A stretch of 64,000 nt of DNA from an uncultured Anaerolineales bacterium (GTDB taxonomy: Bacteria > Chloroflexota > Anaerolineae > B4-G1). Shown here in pieces: positions 49,563-59,176 of this stretch. The position numbers and the translations under genes are program-made. Position 1 is the first letter of the stretch, and each line of letters begins with the position of its first letter. Below the pieces are notes generated by a model. That model was not told the DNA's origin and made no database searches. It was given only the letters and a program-made list of their open reading frames with translations. The stretch is taken from assembly GCA_964474655.1 (NCBI GenBank), contig CAYYTU010000004.1:2563-66562 (forward strand), read 5' to 3'.

Positions 49563-50406
49563 GAGAGGTTTGGGTAGAGGGCTGGAGTCACTGATCCCCG
49601 CCGAGGACGGCGAGACGTCTCGTGGTGTGTTGGAGGTCGCTCTTGCCTCGATCGCGCCTAACCCCCACCAGCCGCGTTCCCCGATTCGAGAACAGGATCT
49701 GCTCGAGCTGGCGGCCTCGATCGAGGAGCATGGCATCATACAGCCCCTCGTAGTCACCGAGGCGCCCGATGGCTACCAATTGATCGCTGGCGAACGACGT
49801 TGGCGAGCGGCGCGGGTAGCCGGTCTATCCACCGTGCCAGTGCTGGTGAAAGACGTCGCCCCCAGCGAGATGTTGGAGCTGGCCCTGGTGGAGAACCTCC
49901 AGCGCTCTGACCTCAACCCGCTGGAGGAGGCGATGGCCTACGAGCAGCTCGCTGACGAGTTTGGCCTCACGCAGAAGGAGATCGCGCAACGGGTGAGCAA
50001 AAGCCGCACGGCGATCACCAACACGCTGCGCCTTCTGAAGGCGGCCCGGCCCGTGCGCGAGGCCTTGCTGGAAGAGAGAATCAGCGAGGGACACGCACGG
50101 GCAATCCTGGGCCTGGAACAGCCGGAGGCCCAGGCGGCAGCGCTCAAGACGGTGCTCAAACGAAACCTGAACGTGCGCCAGACGGAGGCGCTGGTCCGTA
50201 AACTTCTGGGCCGCCAGCAGGAGAAGCAGAAACGCACCCCCCAGCGCTCGCCGGAGGTTGAAGCGCTGGAGAACCGCTTCCGCGAGTCACTGGGCACCAA
50301 GGTGCGACTAAAGCGAAAGGATAAGGGCGGACGGCTGGTCATCTACTTTTATTCCGACGAGGAGTTAGAAGCGCTTTACGACCAGATTGTTGGCGATGAG
50401 CTATGA
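49549..50406 (+). CDS. parB: Chromosome partitioning protein ParB/Spo0J
   Basis: IQPLVV...LIAGERRWRAARVAGL (ParB box), HTH. Confidence 0.9.
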   Translation: MSPRKRGLGRGLESLIPAEDGETSRGVLEVALASIAPNPHQPRSPIREQDLLELAASIEEHGIIQPLVVTEAPDGYQLIAGERRWRAARVAGLSTVPVLVKDVAPSEMLELALVENLQRSDLNPLEEAMAYEQLADEFGLTQKEIAQRVSKSRTAITNTLRLLKAARPVREALLEERISEGHARAILGLEQPEAQAAALKTVLKRNLNVRQTEALVRKLLGRQQEKQKRTPQRSPEVEALENRFRESLGTKVRLKRKDKGGRLVIYFYSDEELEALYDQIVGDEL

Positions 50407-50426
50407 GTGGAGGAGAGAATCTGATG

Positions 50427-50819
50427 GAGAAGATCAAGCGCTACGAGGACGTCGTCGCCGCTATTCAAGAACGGTCGCGGGAGGGGAAGCTGCGTTGCGG
50501 CAACGCCTTCCGCGTCGCGGAGGAATTGAACGTGACGCCGCTGGACGTGGGAAGAGCTGCCGACGCGATCGACGTTCGGCTCAGCCATTGTCAGCTGGGG
50601 TTGTTCGGCTACAACGGCGAGGAACGCATCATCCAGCCAGCCGAGGAAGTGCCTGCGGAGGTAGAGCAGGCTATCGACGAGGGATTGGTGCTGGGACGCC
50701 TGCCGTGCGCTGTAGCGTGGGCCATAGCCCAGCGGTTCGACCTGCGCAAGCCGGATGTAGCCAACGTCGCCGAGCGGCTCGACATTCACATCGGACAGTG
50801 CCAGCTGGGCGCGTTCTGA
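50427..50819 (+). CDS. Hypothetical small protein made of two tandem roughly 55-aa repeats, each ending in a C-Q-L-G-x-F motif
   Basis: Repeat 1 LRCGNAFRVAEELNVTPLDVGRAADAIDVRLSHCQLGLFG. Repeat 2 LPCAVAWAIAQRFDLRKPDVANVAERLDIHIGQCQLGAF. RBS GGAGGAGAG. ATGA overlap of the upstream ATG with the parB stop. Confidence 0.5.
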   Translation, partial: EKIKRYEDVVAAIQERSREGKLRCGNAFRVAEELNVTPLDVGRAADAIDVRLSHCQLGLFGYNGEERIIQPAEEVPAEVEQAIDEGLVLGRLPCAVAWAIAQRFDLRKPDVANVAERLDIHIGQCQLGAF

Positions 50820-50896
50820 GCGACGCCGGAAGCGGGAAAAACGGATGCCGGGTGCCACAATGGCCCGGCTTTGTGCTTTTTATAAGAGGAGAAGCG

Positions 50897-51475
50897 ATGC
50901 CCACCACAGGGAGAGATGACCGCCGCGCTGCGTTGGGACAGATTGCGGAGGAAATCCGACGATGTACGCTCTGCAAGCTGCATCAGGAGCGCACACAGGC
51001 GGTACCCGGTACAGGGCCGGCCGACGCCGACATCTTCTTCCTGGGCGAGGGGCCCGGCGCCAAAGAGGATGAGGAAGGCCGCCCCTTTGTCGGCGCGTCG
51101 GGCTCGTTCCTGGATGAGCTGCTGGCGAGCATTGAGATGGACCGCGAGAAAGTTTTTATCACCAACGTGGTCAAGTGCCGCCCACCGGGCAATCGGGATC
51201 CGCATGTGGCCGAGGTGCGCGCATGCACCGCCTATCTGAACCGTCAGCTGAGCATCATCCAACCCCAGTTGATCGTCACGCTGGGACGCTTCGCAATGAA
51301 CACCTTCTTCTCCGACGGGCGTATTTCAGAGATTCACGGTCAGCCTCGGCGCATGGATGATATGCTCTATCTGCCGCTCTACCATCCGGCGGCGGCGCTC
51401 TACCGTGGTTCGCTGCGGGGTGTGGTCAAGGAGGACTTTCAGCGCATCCCAGAGCTGCTAGAAGCGGTTTCTTGA
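50897..51475 (+). CDS. Uracil-DNA glycosylase, family 4 (thermophile-type, Fe-S)
   Basis: FLGEGPGAKEDEEGRPFVGASG, and Cys residues at the N- and C-terminal positions typical of family 4. RBS AAGAGGAGAAG. Confidence 0.85.
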   Translation: MPTTGRDDRRAALGQIAEEIRRCTLCKLHQERTQAVPGTGPADADIFFLGEGPGAKEDEEGRPFVGASGSFLDELLASIEMDREKVFITNVVKCRPPGNRDPHVAEVRACTAYLNRQLSIIQPQLIVTLGRFAMNTFFSDGRISEIHGQPRRMDDMLYLPLYHPAAALYRGSLRGVVKEDFQRIPELLEAVS

Positions 51476-51826
51476 TCAGGCGGTCTCAATCCGATCCAGC
51501 GCAAACGGGATGTCGCTGGGGATCGCCAGAGCCTCATGGCCGCAGTTGGGGCAGGTGGCGGCCTCCTCGTCGCTCTCGAAGCGCAGCCCACAGCAATTCC
51601 AGCAGATGAATCGATGCGGCCCAGCTTCGATGACGATCTCGGCATCCTCAGCCGGTGTGCCTGCGCTCACCTCCTGCAGTAAGCATCGTAAGTCGTCCTC
51701 TTCTCCTTGAGACCAGCCATAGATCACAAAATCGAGCGCTGTGATTCGCCTGGCGTCCTGGGAGCGCGCCTGCGCCAGGGCCTGATTGAGCAGCGCTTCT
51801 ACTTTTTCCTCTTTGCTGATTGCCAA
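51476..51826 (-). CDS. HypA/HybF-like zinc-finger protein (lacks the N-terminal MHE nickel site)
   Basis: ...ICWNCCGLRFESDEEAATCPNCGHEA (CxxC...CxxC) at the C-terminus. 116 aa. Confidence 0.55.
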   Translation of the reverse strand: MAISKEEKVEALLNQALAQARSQDARRITALDFVIYGWSQGEEDDLRCLLQEVSAGTPAEDAEIVIEAGPHRFICWNCCGLRFESDEEAATCPNCGHEALAIPSDIPFALDRIETA

Positions 51827-51860
51827 TCACGTCTCCTTCCAGATCATCCGTCGAGCGAGG

Positions 51861-52922
51861 CTACCATTCCACGGTGCAGCCCAGCCCCGGCACGTCGGTG
51901 GCGATAAGCCAACCCTCCTCCAAGCGGAAGCCCGGCACGGTCGGATCGCCGATCAGATCGAAGTGACCGTCGAGGTCGCCGTATTGGACGTTGGGGCTGC
52001 TGAGTGCAAAACTCAGCCCGGCCGCGATGAGCAGCGCCGGCTCGTTGACGCAGCTGACCATCGTGGACATCCGGGCTGTGCGGGCGATGGTGTCAATCTG
52101 ACGGGCGCAACGCAAACCGCCACAGGCTGCGAGTTTGACGCTCATCCCATCGGCGGCCCGCTGCGCCGCGACCTCCAGGGCCGAAGGCGGTTGTAACACG
52201 CTCTCGTCGGCCAAAATCGGCACCGGGCTGCGCCGGGTGACGTCGCGCAGGGCCTCCAGGTCATCGGCCGGGGTGGGTTGCTCCAGCATCTCCAGCTTCC
52301 CGGCCAGGGCGCGGGCCACGTCCAACGCTTGCTGGACGGTGTAACCCTGGTCGGCGTCCAGGCGCAAGGTGAGGCGCGGCAACGCATCGCGGATGGCCCG
52401 CACACGTCGCACGTCCTGTTCTGGGTCGAGCCCGCCCTTGATTTTGAGGATGCGGAAGCCCTGTCGGGCGCGGTCTTGCGCCCTTATGACGGATTCCTTC
52501 ACCGAAGCAATACCAATCGTGATCGAGGTCTGTATCCGGTGACGGTATCCCCCCAAAATCCGATGGAGCGGCATACCAGCGGATAGGCCCAACAAATCGT
52601 GAAACGCAAGATCGAAGGCACAGAGCGCTGAGGGCGCCCCGGTGGTCAATTGGGCTAGCTCGTCGAGGGCATATTCAGTATTCAGGGGATTCAGATCAAG
52701 CGCGCGGTTCGCGCAGGACTGGCATGCCGCGACGACCTTCTCCTTCGTCTCACCGGTGATGGCCGGGTCGAAGGCCGCACACCCCCAGGCCACTTTTCCA
52801 TCGGAGGTCTCAATCCGGATGAAGACCACTGTCACACTGTCGATCTCGGAATGGTAGGCTGTGCGGTAAGGCACGCGCAGCGACAATTCCATCGGCGTGA
52901 TTTCTACGTCTGTGATTTGCAT
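51861..52922 (-). CDS. Enolase-superfamily enzyme (mandelate racemase/muconate lactonizing family; dipeptide epimerase or OSBS-like)
   Basis: KIKGG (KxK), LRLDADQG, EQP, and ILADES metal-ligand motifs. Confidence 0.8.
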   Translation of the reverse strand: MQITDVEITPMELSLRVPYRTAYHSEIDSVTVVFIRIETSDGKVAWGCAAFDPAITGETKEKVVAACQSCANRALDLNPLNTEYALDELAQLTTGAPSALCAFDLAFHDLLGLSAGMPLHRILGGYRHRIQTSITIGIASVKESVIRAQDRARQGFRILKIKGGLDPEQDVRRVRAIRDALPRLTLRLDADQGYTVQQALDVARALAGKLEMLEQPTPADDLEALRDVTRRSPVPILADESVLQPPSALEVAAQRAADGMSVKLAACGGLRCARQIDTIARTARMSTMVSCVNEPALLIAAGLSFALSSPNVQYGDLDGHFDLIGDPTVPGFRLEEGWLIATDVPGLGCTVEW

Positions 52923-52995
52923 TCAACCTCCTTGCCATAACTTTTAAGCGCTCTACCGTCAGAGGATAGCACCAATTGGGATCTGCGACAAGCTG

Positions 52996-54486
52996 TTACC
53001 GCCGCTCCACGGTGATTATTGAGGGCACGGTGGTGTGGGAATCGAGTTTAAGCTCAACCACACCGGCATTCAGCCAGAGCCCTGTGGAGGAGCCGCCGTC
53101 TAGGTTGAGCGCGACGTCGATATCCAGCGCCAGGTCAGGCCGGGCCAGGAATACGGCCAGCGCGTGGAGGCTGAGCGTGCCACGCGGCGCGACGATTAAG
53201 AGGACGTTCCCCGCACAATCCTGAGCCACAACGGTACGCCGTGCCGTGGCACCGTCATCGGCGTCGGCGGGAAAGCCCATCTCGCCGCCGGGCTTGACCA
53301 GCACGGGGAAGGAGACCAGCGCCTCCGACAACGGTTCGGCGGGGTTGTAAGATCGCTCGCGCAACCAACGCACACTGACTTGCTGATCAGCTGTGACGGC
53401 GAACATGCCCGCAAAGTCGCCAAAGGGCTCCCCGTAGCGCTGCCCGCCGCTGATGAGCAGCCCTAACGTCTCTTTCCCCCGCTCATTTTCCGGGGCGAAA
53501 TAGCCGCCGTTAACCACCAGCAAAGCCGAGGTGGTCTCGGCCCACGCCAAGACCGAACGCGGTTCGCTGGGGTTGTAGCGAACGCGAAAGTGTACTTGAG
53601 ACGGGTCCAGCCGCAAGATACGAAGCCGCTCCACATGCTGCTCCTGGGGATCGCTGCTTTCGGCGCTGACGTCGAGTTCACGATATTCGACCCCCGCCTC
53701 CAACGCCTGCCAGCCGGTGTCCGGAAGCGACGGCGCCTCGTAATCATCATGGGCCAGGAGCGTCAGACGGTCGCTGTGGAACCTTACGGCCTCCACGCCG
53801 GCCTCGCCGGGCAGGGGGCCGACGATAGCCAAGTCACGCATCGCCCGCTCGACGTGGAGATCGACGGGGAGAAGTGATCGCACCAGGGTGCGTTCATCGG
53901 GCAGGGCGTAAAACGTCTCATCCAGCACAATAGCTTCCAGATGGAGATCGAGCCCCGCTGCCTCTTGAGTCAACAAAACCCCCATCCGCCGCCAGCGCAG
54001 GCCTAAATTGACGTCGGCGTAGAGAACCAGGCCGCCCGGTTGGAGATCAACCGTCAAATCGCGAAACCGGCTTGCTGTGCTTTCGGGGAGCCCCTCGCGG
54101 CGCCAAAGCTCGTTGAGGCGCGTCTCGGACAGTGTGAACAGATAGGTGCTTTGTCCCTGGGCCTGGCTTTCGTAAGCGCCAGCGTTGACCATCGCGGTGC
54201 GACCAAGGGCCGTCACGCCGTCCGTCGTACCATCCAGACGAAGTGGCGCGGTGAGCCAGGTCGGCAGGAGCAACTCTACTTGATCAAGGGATGGAGCATC
54301 CAACATCAACGGGGCTAACGGCGGGGGCAACACACCTTCGAAGCTTTCCACACGTTCAAGGTTCAGGACGCCAATCAATAGGCGAGGGGCAGCGTTGAGG
54401 CCCAGCAGCACGAAGGCCATGCAAAGTGACAGTGGTAACCCAACCACCAGGATGGCGGTCAGGATCTTACGGCGTCGTTCTGGCAT
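52996..54486 (-). CDS. Membrane-anchored phosphodiester glycosidase family (DUF2233) protein
   Basis: C-terminal LVVNGGYF...RTVVAQDCAGNVLLIV...ALNLDGGSST. Start taken at MPERRRKILTAILVVG. Confidence 0.7.
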   Translation of the reverse strand: MPERRRKILTAILVVGLPLSLCMAFVLLGLNAAPRLLIGVLNLERVESFEGVLPPPLAPLMLDAPSLDQVELLLPTWLTAPLRLDGTTDGVTALGRTAMVNAGAYESQAQGQSTYLFTLSETRLNELWRREGLPESTASRFRDLTVDLQPGGLVLYADVNLGLRWRRMGVLLTQEAAGLDLHLEAIVLDETFYALPDERTLVRSLLPVDLHVERAMRDLAIVGPLPGEAGVEAVRFHSDRLTLLAHDDYEAPSLPDTGWQALEAGVEYRELDVSAESSDPQEQHVERLRILRLDPSQVHFRVRYNPSEPRSVLAWAETTSALLVVNGGYFAPENERGKETLGLLISGGQRYGEPFGDFAGMFAVTADQQVSVRWLRERSYNPAEPLSEALVSFPVLVKPGGEMGFPADADDGATARRTVVAQDCAGNVLLIVAPRGTLSLHALAVFLARPDLALDIDVALNLDGGSSTGLWLNAGVVELKLDSHTTVPSIITVERR

Positions 54487-54568
54487 CAGCACCCGATTCT
54501 CGCTTGAAAGGCAAGACGTCTTGGCATGGGGAGGTAATCTATCACAATGGGGAGGATCTGGCAAATCA

Positions 54569-54725
54569 GGATTTTCGAAGCGGATCGTCTGCGAAGGCGC
54601 CCTCAGTGCTACAGAGTGTGCTCAGATGCGAACAAGGCAAACAAAGCTGGGGTTGATACGCTCGGTAGACGCGCCTGTCGGCAATCTAATGCGTCTAGGG
54701 TGCTTGGGAACTGTTTCGTTTGCCC
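54569..54725 (-). repeat. Repeat family B, copy B3 (reverse orientation, about 80 % identical to B1/B2)
   Basis: Reverse complement aligns with B1 along the whole length. The terminal module is AGGGTGCTTGGGAACTGTTTCGTTTGCCC. Confidence 0.65.
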
Positions 54726-54738
54726 AGTCATAGGTAAC

Positions 54739-54772
54739 GAAAAACCGCACGGTCTGCGGATAAACCGTGCGG
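54739..54772 (-). terminator. Intrinsic terminator of the cold-shock gene (minus strand)
   Basis: Minus strand CCGCACGGT-ttatccgcag-ACCGTGCGG followed by TTTTTCG. Confidence 0.7.
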
Positions 54773-54803
54773 TCGTCTATCGTCCCTTAAACGAGGCGGG
54801 TGT

Positions 54804-55136
54804 TTAGAACCAGCCGACGTCTTCTTCTAGAGACTTCACCTTGGCAGCGCGTGGGCCTTTGTCGCTCTGCTCAATGGAGAACTCAACGCGATCTCCTTCA
54901 TTCAGGGAACGGAAGCCGCCCCCTTCAATAGCTGAGTAGTGAACGAATACGTCTTCACCGTTATCACGGGAGATGAAGCCGTAGCCCTTGGGATTACTGA
55001 ACCACTTGACTGTCCCGGTTATGCGGTCGCTTTCTTCGGTCGTTTCTTCTTCGACTTCTGCCTCGACCACGGTTTCTTCTTCGGCTTCTGCCTGGACTTC
55101 CATCTCTACATTTTCTTGTTCTTCTGTTTCAAACAT
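54804..55136 (-). CDS. Cold-shock-domain protein with a roughly 40-aa highly acidic N-terminal extension
   Basis: N-terminal [35 protein letters not shown], then [31 protein letters not shown]. Confidence 0.85.
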   Translation of the reverse strand: MFETEEQENVEMEVQAEAEEETVVEAEVEEETTEESDRITGTVKWFSNPKGYGFISRDNGEDVFVHYSAIEGGGFRSLNEGDRVEFSIEQSDKGPRAAKVKSLEEDVGWF

Positions 55137-55445
55137 TCTAGCTTTTTGCTCCTTTATTCTGCTAACTTAAGTATACATCTTACAGAGAGCGAGCCGAAAT
55201 AAAAAGACCACCCAGCATCCGCAAGCCCAGGTAGCCTCCAATTTGTTCGACTACAGCTCACTTCATACTACGAATAACATGATAACAGGTTTGGAATAAA
55301 AGTCAAATGAGGAAGAGGGAGTCGTAGCAGGGTCCACAATCTCCTGGAGGCCCAGCAGGCTATCTGTGATGGAAAACCGCATCTCTATATGCGCGTGACG
55401 ATGTAGGGGTGCTTTCCGTAGCCGACGACTTCTTTGCCGCGGATG

Positions 55446-55874
55446 TCACCAGACTTCAGGGGGTGGGGTGTATTGCCTTCGTCGCTTCTTCCGACCATGA
55501 CGACGCTTATTTTCCAGCCGCCTGCGCTCCGAGGCTGCGGTGGGCTTCGTCCGCCGGCGCGTCTTGGGCTTCTGCGATGCTCTTCGGATCATAGCCACCA
55601 ATCGATCCAGCGCGGCCTGCCGATTGCGAGTCTGTGAGCGATGATTGCTGGCTTCAATGAGCAACTCACCTTCCTTGGTCATTCGATTCCCGGCGAGGTT
55701 GACCAGCCGATCTCGGACCCGCTCAGGCAAGCCAGCGTTGGTCACGTCGAAGCGCAGCTGGACTGCAGTGGCCGCGGTGTTGACTTTCTGGCCGCCCGGA
55801 CCTGAAGAGCGCGTGAAGTTGACGTCGATGGCGCTTTCGTCGATGCTGACGTTGTGAGTGATCTGAATCATCAT
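55446..55874 (-). CDS. arfB: Alternative ribosome-rescue factor ArfB (peptidyl-tRNA hydrolase, class I RF family)
   Basis: SSGPGGQKVNTAATAVQLRFD (GGQ) plus the Arg/Lys-rich C-terminal tail. Confidence 0.85.
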   Translation of the reverse strand: MMIQITHNVSIDESAIDVNFTRSSGPGGQKVNTAATAVQLRFDVTNAGLPERVRDRLVNLAGNRMTKEGELLIEASNHRSQTRNRQAALDRLVAMIRRASQKPKTRRRTKPTAASERRRLENKRRHGRKKRRRQYTPPPEVW

Positions 55875-56037
55875 TCCTTGCCCTGTCTATTTGTTAGTCC
55901 CGAAATATGGTAACACGCTCGAATGGAACGTCAAACTGGTCCGTACTGCACAGGATCGGTTCACCCCGATCCCTCAATGTGATAGCATCCTCTCCACGTA
56001 AGCCCACGGGGGGAGCAGATTTTCCCAGCGCTTTCTC

Positions 56038-56637
56038 CTATTCCCACACAAGCGCCTGCTCAGACACAACGTGCACGGGCTCATCGTAACCGCGCACCCA
56101 TAACCCTACCTGGCCTGAAAGCGTCGTCTCATCCTCGACGGTGACGGCATATTCATTGTTGATGGTGAAGCGACAGGCCGCGCCTGTGCAACTCACGCGC
56201 AGGCGGTTGGCCTGCTGCCCGCGCCGGATGTGAGGGAACTGTTGCCAGGCGACCAACTCGGTCGCCCGCTGGCCCTCGACTCGCAGCACAGCGTAATATC
56301 CATCGCCGCCGACGGCGAAGGTGTAGTAATGCTCGGCATCCTGGGCGCGATAGATCAGGCCGTAGCCGTAGAAACCCGAATTCGGCCCGCTGACCGGACG
56401 GGCGATCACCTCGAATGTGAAATCGCGTCCAGTTTCTCCCAACAGCGCCACTGTCGTCTCACCTGGGGCAGATCGCAACGACCGGGGGAGCCCGGTCGGC
56501 GTCCAATCGGGCGGCCCGGACGGACGCGGATCATTCCAGCCCAGCGTCAGAGCCGCGATCAAGACCAGCGCTATCGCCAACACCAGCCCAATCAGCGCCA
56601 ATACGCCTCGCCAGAACCAAGCGGCTTTCTCGATCAT
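56038..56637 (-). CDS. Hypothetical N-terminally anchored membrane protein
   Basis: One TM helix (ALIGLVLAIALVLIAAL). No recognisable motif. 16 nt downstream of the Nramp gene. Confidence 0.5.
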   Translation of the reverse strand: MIEKAAWFWRGVLALIGLVLAIALVLIAALTLGWNDPRPSGPPDWTPTGLPRSLRSAPGETTVALLGETGRDFTFEVIARPVSGPNSGFYGYGLIYRAQDAEHYYTFAVGGDGYYAVLRVEGQRATELVAWQQFPHIRRGQQANRLRVSCTGAACRFTINNEYAVTVEDETTLSGQVGLWVRGYDEPVHVVSEQALVWE

Positions 56638-56653
56638 CGGGCTGGTCCAGAAC

Positions 56654-57895
56654 CTAGGACAGAAGCGGCGAGAGCAATAGGGCGATCATCGCCATGCCGA
56701 TCAGACCGGTCAGGCCCCAGGCGAGGGCGTTTTGAAAACGAGAGTTGGTCCACTCATTCATCACTTGCTGATCGTTGACGATCTTCAGCACCAGGACCAG
56801 CAGCACCGGCAGCAAGATAGCGTTCAGCGACTGGGAGAGCCACATCAGCGGGAAGAGCGGCAATCCGGGGATGAGCACCACCAGCACGCTGAGAACGATG
56901 ATGCTGCCGTACAGGCCGTAGAAGATAGGGGCCTCGGAGGCGCGATTGTCCAGCCCGCGCTCCCAGCCGAAGGCCTCGCAGAGCGCGTAAGTGGTGGAAA
57001 GGGGCAGTACCGAGGCCGCCAGCAGCGAGGCGCCCAGCAGCCCGGCGGAGAAGAGATAGCGCGCCCACGGGCCCACCAACGGCTCCAGGGCCAGGGCGGC
57101 CTGCTCGGCGCTTTCCACCCGTACGCCGTGGACGTAGAGTGCGGCCGCGGTGCAGATTACGATGAAGGCCGAGACCACGTTACCCCAGGCCGCGCCGCCC
57201 ATCACGTCTATCTTGGTATAGCGATAGTGCTCCATCGTGATCCCCTTATCGGCCACGGAGGCCTGCATATAGACGAAGGCCCAGGGCGTGATAGTGGTGC
57301 CTATGGTGGCCAGCACCGCCAGGATGTAGTTGGGATCGCTCCTGAAGGTGGGCACGAGGGCGTTGCGCAGCACGTCGCCCCAGGCTGGCCCGATGGCGAA
57401 GGCGGTGACGATGTAGCTGAGCGCCGAGAGGCAGAGCACCAGCAGAATTTTCTCCACGCGCTTGTACGATCCTCGAAGCACCACATAGGACACGCCCAGC
57501 GCGGCCAGGGGCACGGCGACGTAGCGGCTGAGGCCCAAAAGCTCCATGCCCGCCGCAATGCCGGCAAACTGGGCCACGGTGGTGCCCAGGTTCGCCAGCA
57601 GCAGGGAGAACATGGCGAAGGTCGTTATGCGCACCCCGAACTGCTCGCGGATCAGGTCGGCGGCCCCCTTGCCGGTCACCGCGCCCATGCGGGCGGCGAT
57701 CTCCTGGATGATGATTTCGCCCACGGTGACCAACACGATCAGCCACAGGAAACGATAGCCATACGTAGAGCCGGCCATCGAGTAGGTGGCGATGCCAGGG
57801 GCGTCGTTATCGGCGCTGGCGGTGATCAAGCCGGGGCCGAGGATGCTCAGGTAGAAGCCGATGCGGCGCAGCCAGTTCTGTAGTCGAAATTTCAT
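56654..57895 (-). CDS. mntH: NRAMP-family divalent metal (Mn2+/Fe2+) transporter
   Basis: Eleven or so TM helices. The N-terminal GPGLITASADNDAPGIATY aligns with the Nramp DPGN region. Confidence 0.9.
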   Translation of the reverse strand: MKFRLQNWLRRIGFYLSILGPGLITASADNDAPGIATYSMAGSTYGYRFLWLIVLVTVGEIIIQEIAARMGAVTGKGAADLIREQFGVRITTFAMFSLLLANLGTTVAQFAGIAAGMELLGLSRYVAVPLAALGVSYVVLRGSYKRVEKILLVLCLSALSYIVTAFAIGPAWGDVLRNALVPTFRSDPNYILAVLATIGTTITPWAFVYMQASVADKGITMEHYRYTKIDVMGGAAWGNVVSAFIVICTAAALYVHGVRVESAEQAALALEPLVGPWARYLFSAGLLGASLLAASVLPLSTTYALCEAFGWERGLDNRASEAPIFYGLYGSIIVLSVLVVLIPGLPLFPLMWLSQSLNAILLPVLLVLVLKIVNDQQVMNEWTNSRFQNALAWGLTGLIGMAMIALLLSPLLS

Positions 57896-57913
57896 CGTTG
57901 TGGCCTCCTTGGG

Positions 57914-59176
57914 TCAGAAAAAGCGGGGGATGCGTTTCTTCCAGGCCGTGGGCAGCACGGCGTCGATGGCGTCGTCCACGGTCACGATGCCCAGCAACTC
58001 GGCGCTCTCCTCGTCCACCACGGGGACGGCCAGCAGATCGTACTTGGCAACCAGATAAGCTACTTCCTCCTGGGAGGTGTAAGGAGTGACTGTGACGGGC
58101 TCCTTCTCGCTCCACTCGTCCAGCGGGGCATCCAGGGGCGCCATGACGAGGTCCCGCAGGCTGATAATGCCGTAGAGGCGTCTTTCCTCGTCGGTCAGGT
58201 AGACGTAGGGCATCACCTCGTCCTCCTGGGCCTCCCGTGAATGGCGCAGGTAGTCGAGGGCCTCGCCAACAGTTAGCTGGTGGGGGACGCGCACGAACTC
58301 GGTGGTCATAATCCCGCCGGCCGAGTCGACCGGGTAGCGCAGGAGGTCCTGCACGTCCTCGGCGTCCTCCTCCTCCATCAGGCTCAGCAGTTCCGCGCTG
58401 GCCTGATCGGATAGGCCGGCCAGCAGATCGGCGGCCTCATCGGGATCCATCTCCTCCAGGATGTCGGCGGCTCGTTCCGGAGGCATGTGCGAGAGCACGC
58501 TGACCTGCATATCCATCGGGCTCTCCTCCAGCGTGTCGGCCAGCGCCTCGTCGCTCAATGTGGTGACCAGCGCCTCGGAGGTATGACGATCCAGGTCGTT
58601 GAGAATGGCGGCGATGTCGGCCGGAGGCAGGCGGGTGATCTTCTCGCGCGAGACCTGGAGGCGCAGCGGTTCGTCCTGGTGCAGCGGGGCCACGTCCTCC
58701 CAGGGGATGACGCCGGAGGGCAGGGATCGTCCCAGTTTGTTGGCAACAGTGCGCACCGGCTTTTCCAGCCCCAGGCGTCGCAGGAGCCCCAGCCCGCCCA
58801 CGTCCACGCCGGTGAGACAGAACTGATCGCGCACCCGCATCATCTGGAGGTCGTTCACCCGTACCACGCGACGTCCCTCGGTGTCCACGATCTGGCGATC
58901 CAGAACCTGATCGAGCAGCCAGAGTTCGTCGCCCTGCGGCTCATAAGTCCGAATCTCGTTCTGGGGAATCTTCAGGTTGATGGTGGGGTAGAGGGCACTG
59001 ACCTGGTCGGCGGGGATGAAGTGTGTCTCGGAATCGCCATCGCGCATAGCCAGCGCCCGCAGAGGGGGATAGGGCTGACCAGGAGCCCCAACCAGGACGT
59101 CGATACACTTTCCGACCGGCAAGCTCCAGGCATCCCAGATCTGCTTATCCTGCAATTGACTTACGTACAGCATCAT
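57914..59176 (-). CDS. Soluble MgtE-N + tandem CBS domain protein (MgtE cytoplasmic module without the transporter TM domain), with N-terminal PRC-barrel-like region
   Basis: MgtE_N acidic helices (LSDEALADTLEESPMDMQVSVLSHMPPERAADILEEMDPDEAADLLAGL) and a CBS pair. Ends ...WKKRIPRFF with no TM segment. Start at MMLYVSQ. Confidence 0.7.
   Translation of the reverse strand: MMLYVSQLQDKQIWDAWSLPVGKCIDVLVGAPGQPYPPLRALAMRDGDSETHFIPADQVSALYPTINLKIPQNEIRTYEPQGDELWLLDQVLDRQIVDTEGRRVVRVNDLQMMRVRDQFCLTGVDVGGLGLLRRLGLEKPVRTVANKLGRSLPSGVIPWEDVAPLHQDEPLRLQVSREKITRLPPADIAAILNDLDRHTSEALVTTLSDEALADTLEESPMDMQVSVLSHMPPERAADILEEMDPDEAADLLAGLSDQASAELLSLMEEEDAEDVQDLLRYPVDSAGGIMTTEFVRVPHQLTVGEALDYLRHSREAQEDEVMPYVYLTDEERRLYGIISLRDLVMAPLDAPLDEWSEKEPVTVTPYTSQEEVAYLVAKYDLLAVPVVDEESAELLGIVTVDDAIDAVLPTAWKKRIPRFF

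Noticed and set aside
56732-57883. 383-aa plus-strand ORF
   Set aside because: Antisense to the Nramp transporter gene. His/Gly/Arg-rich low complexity.
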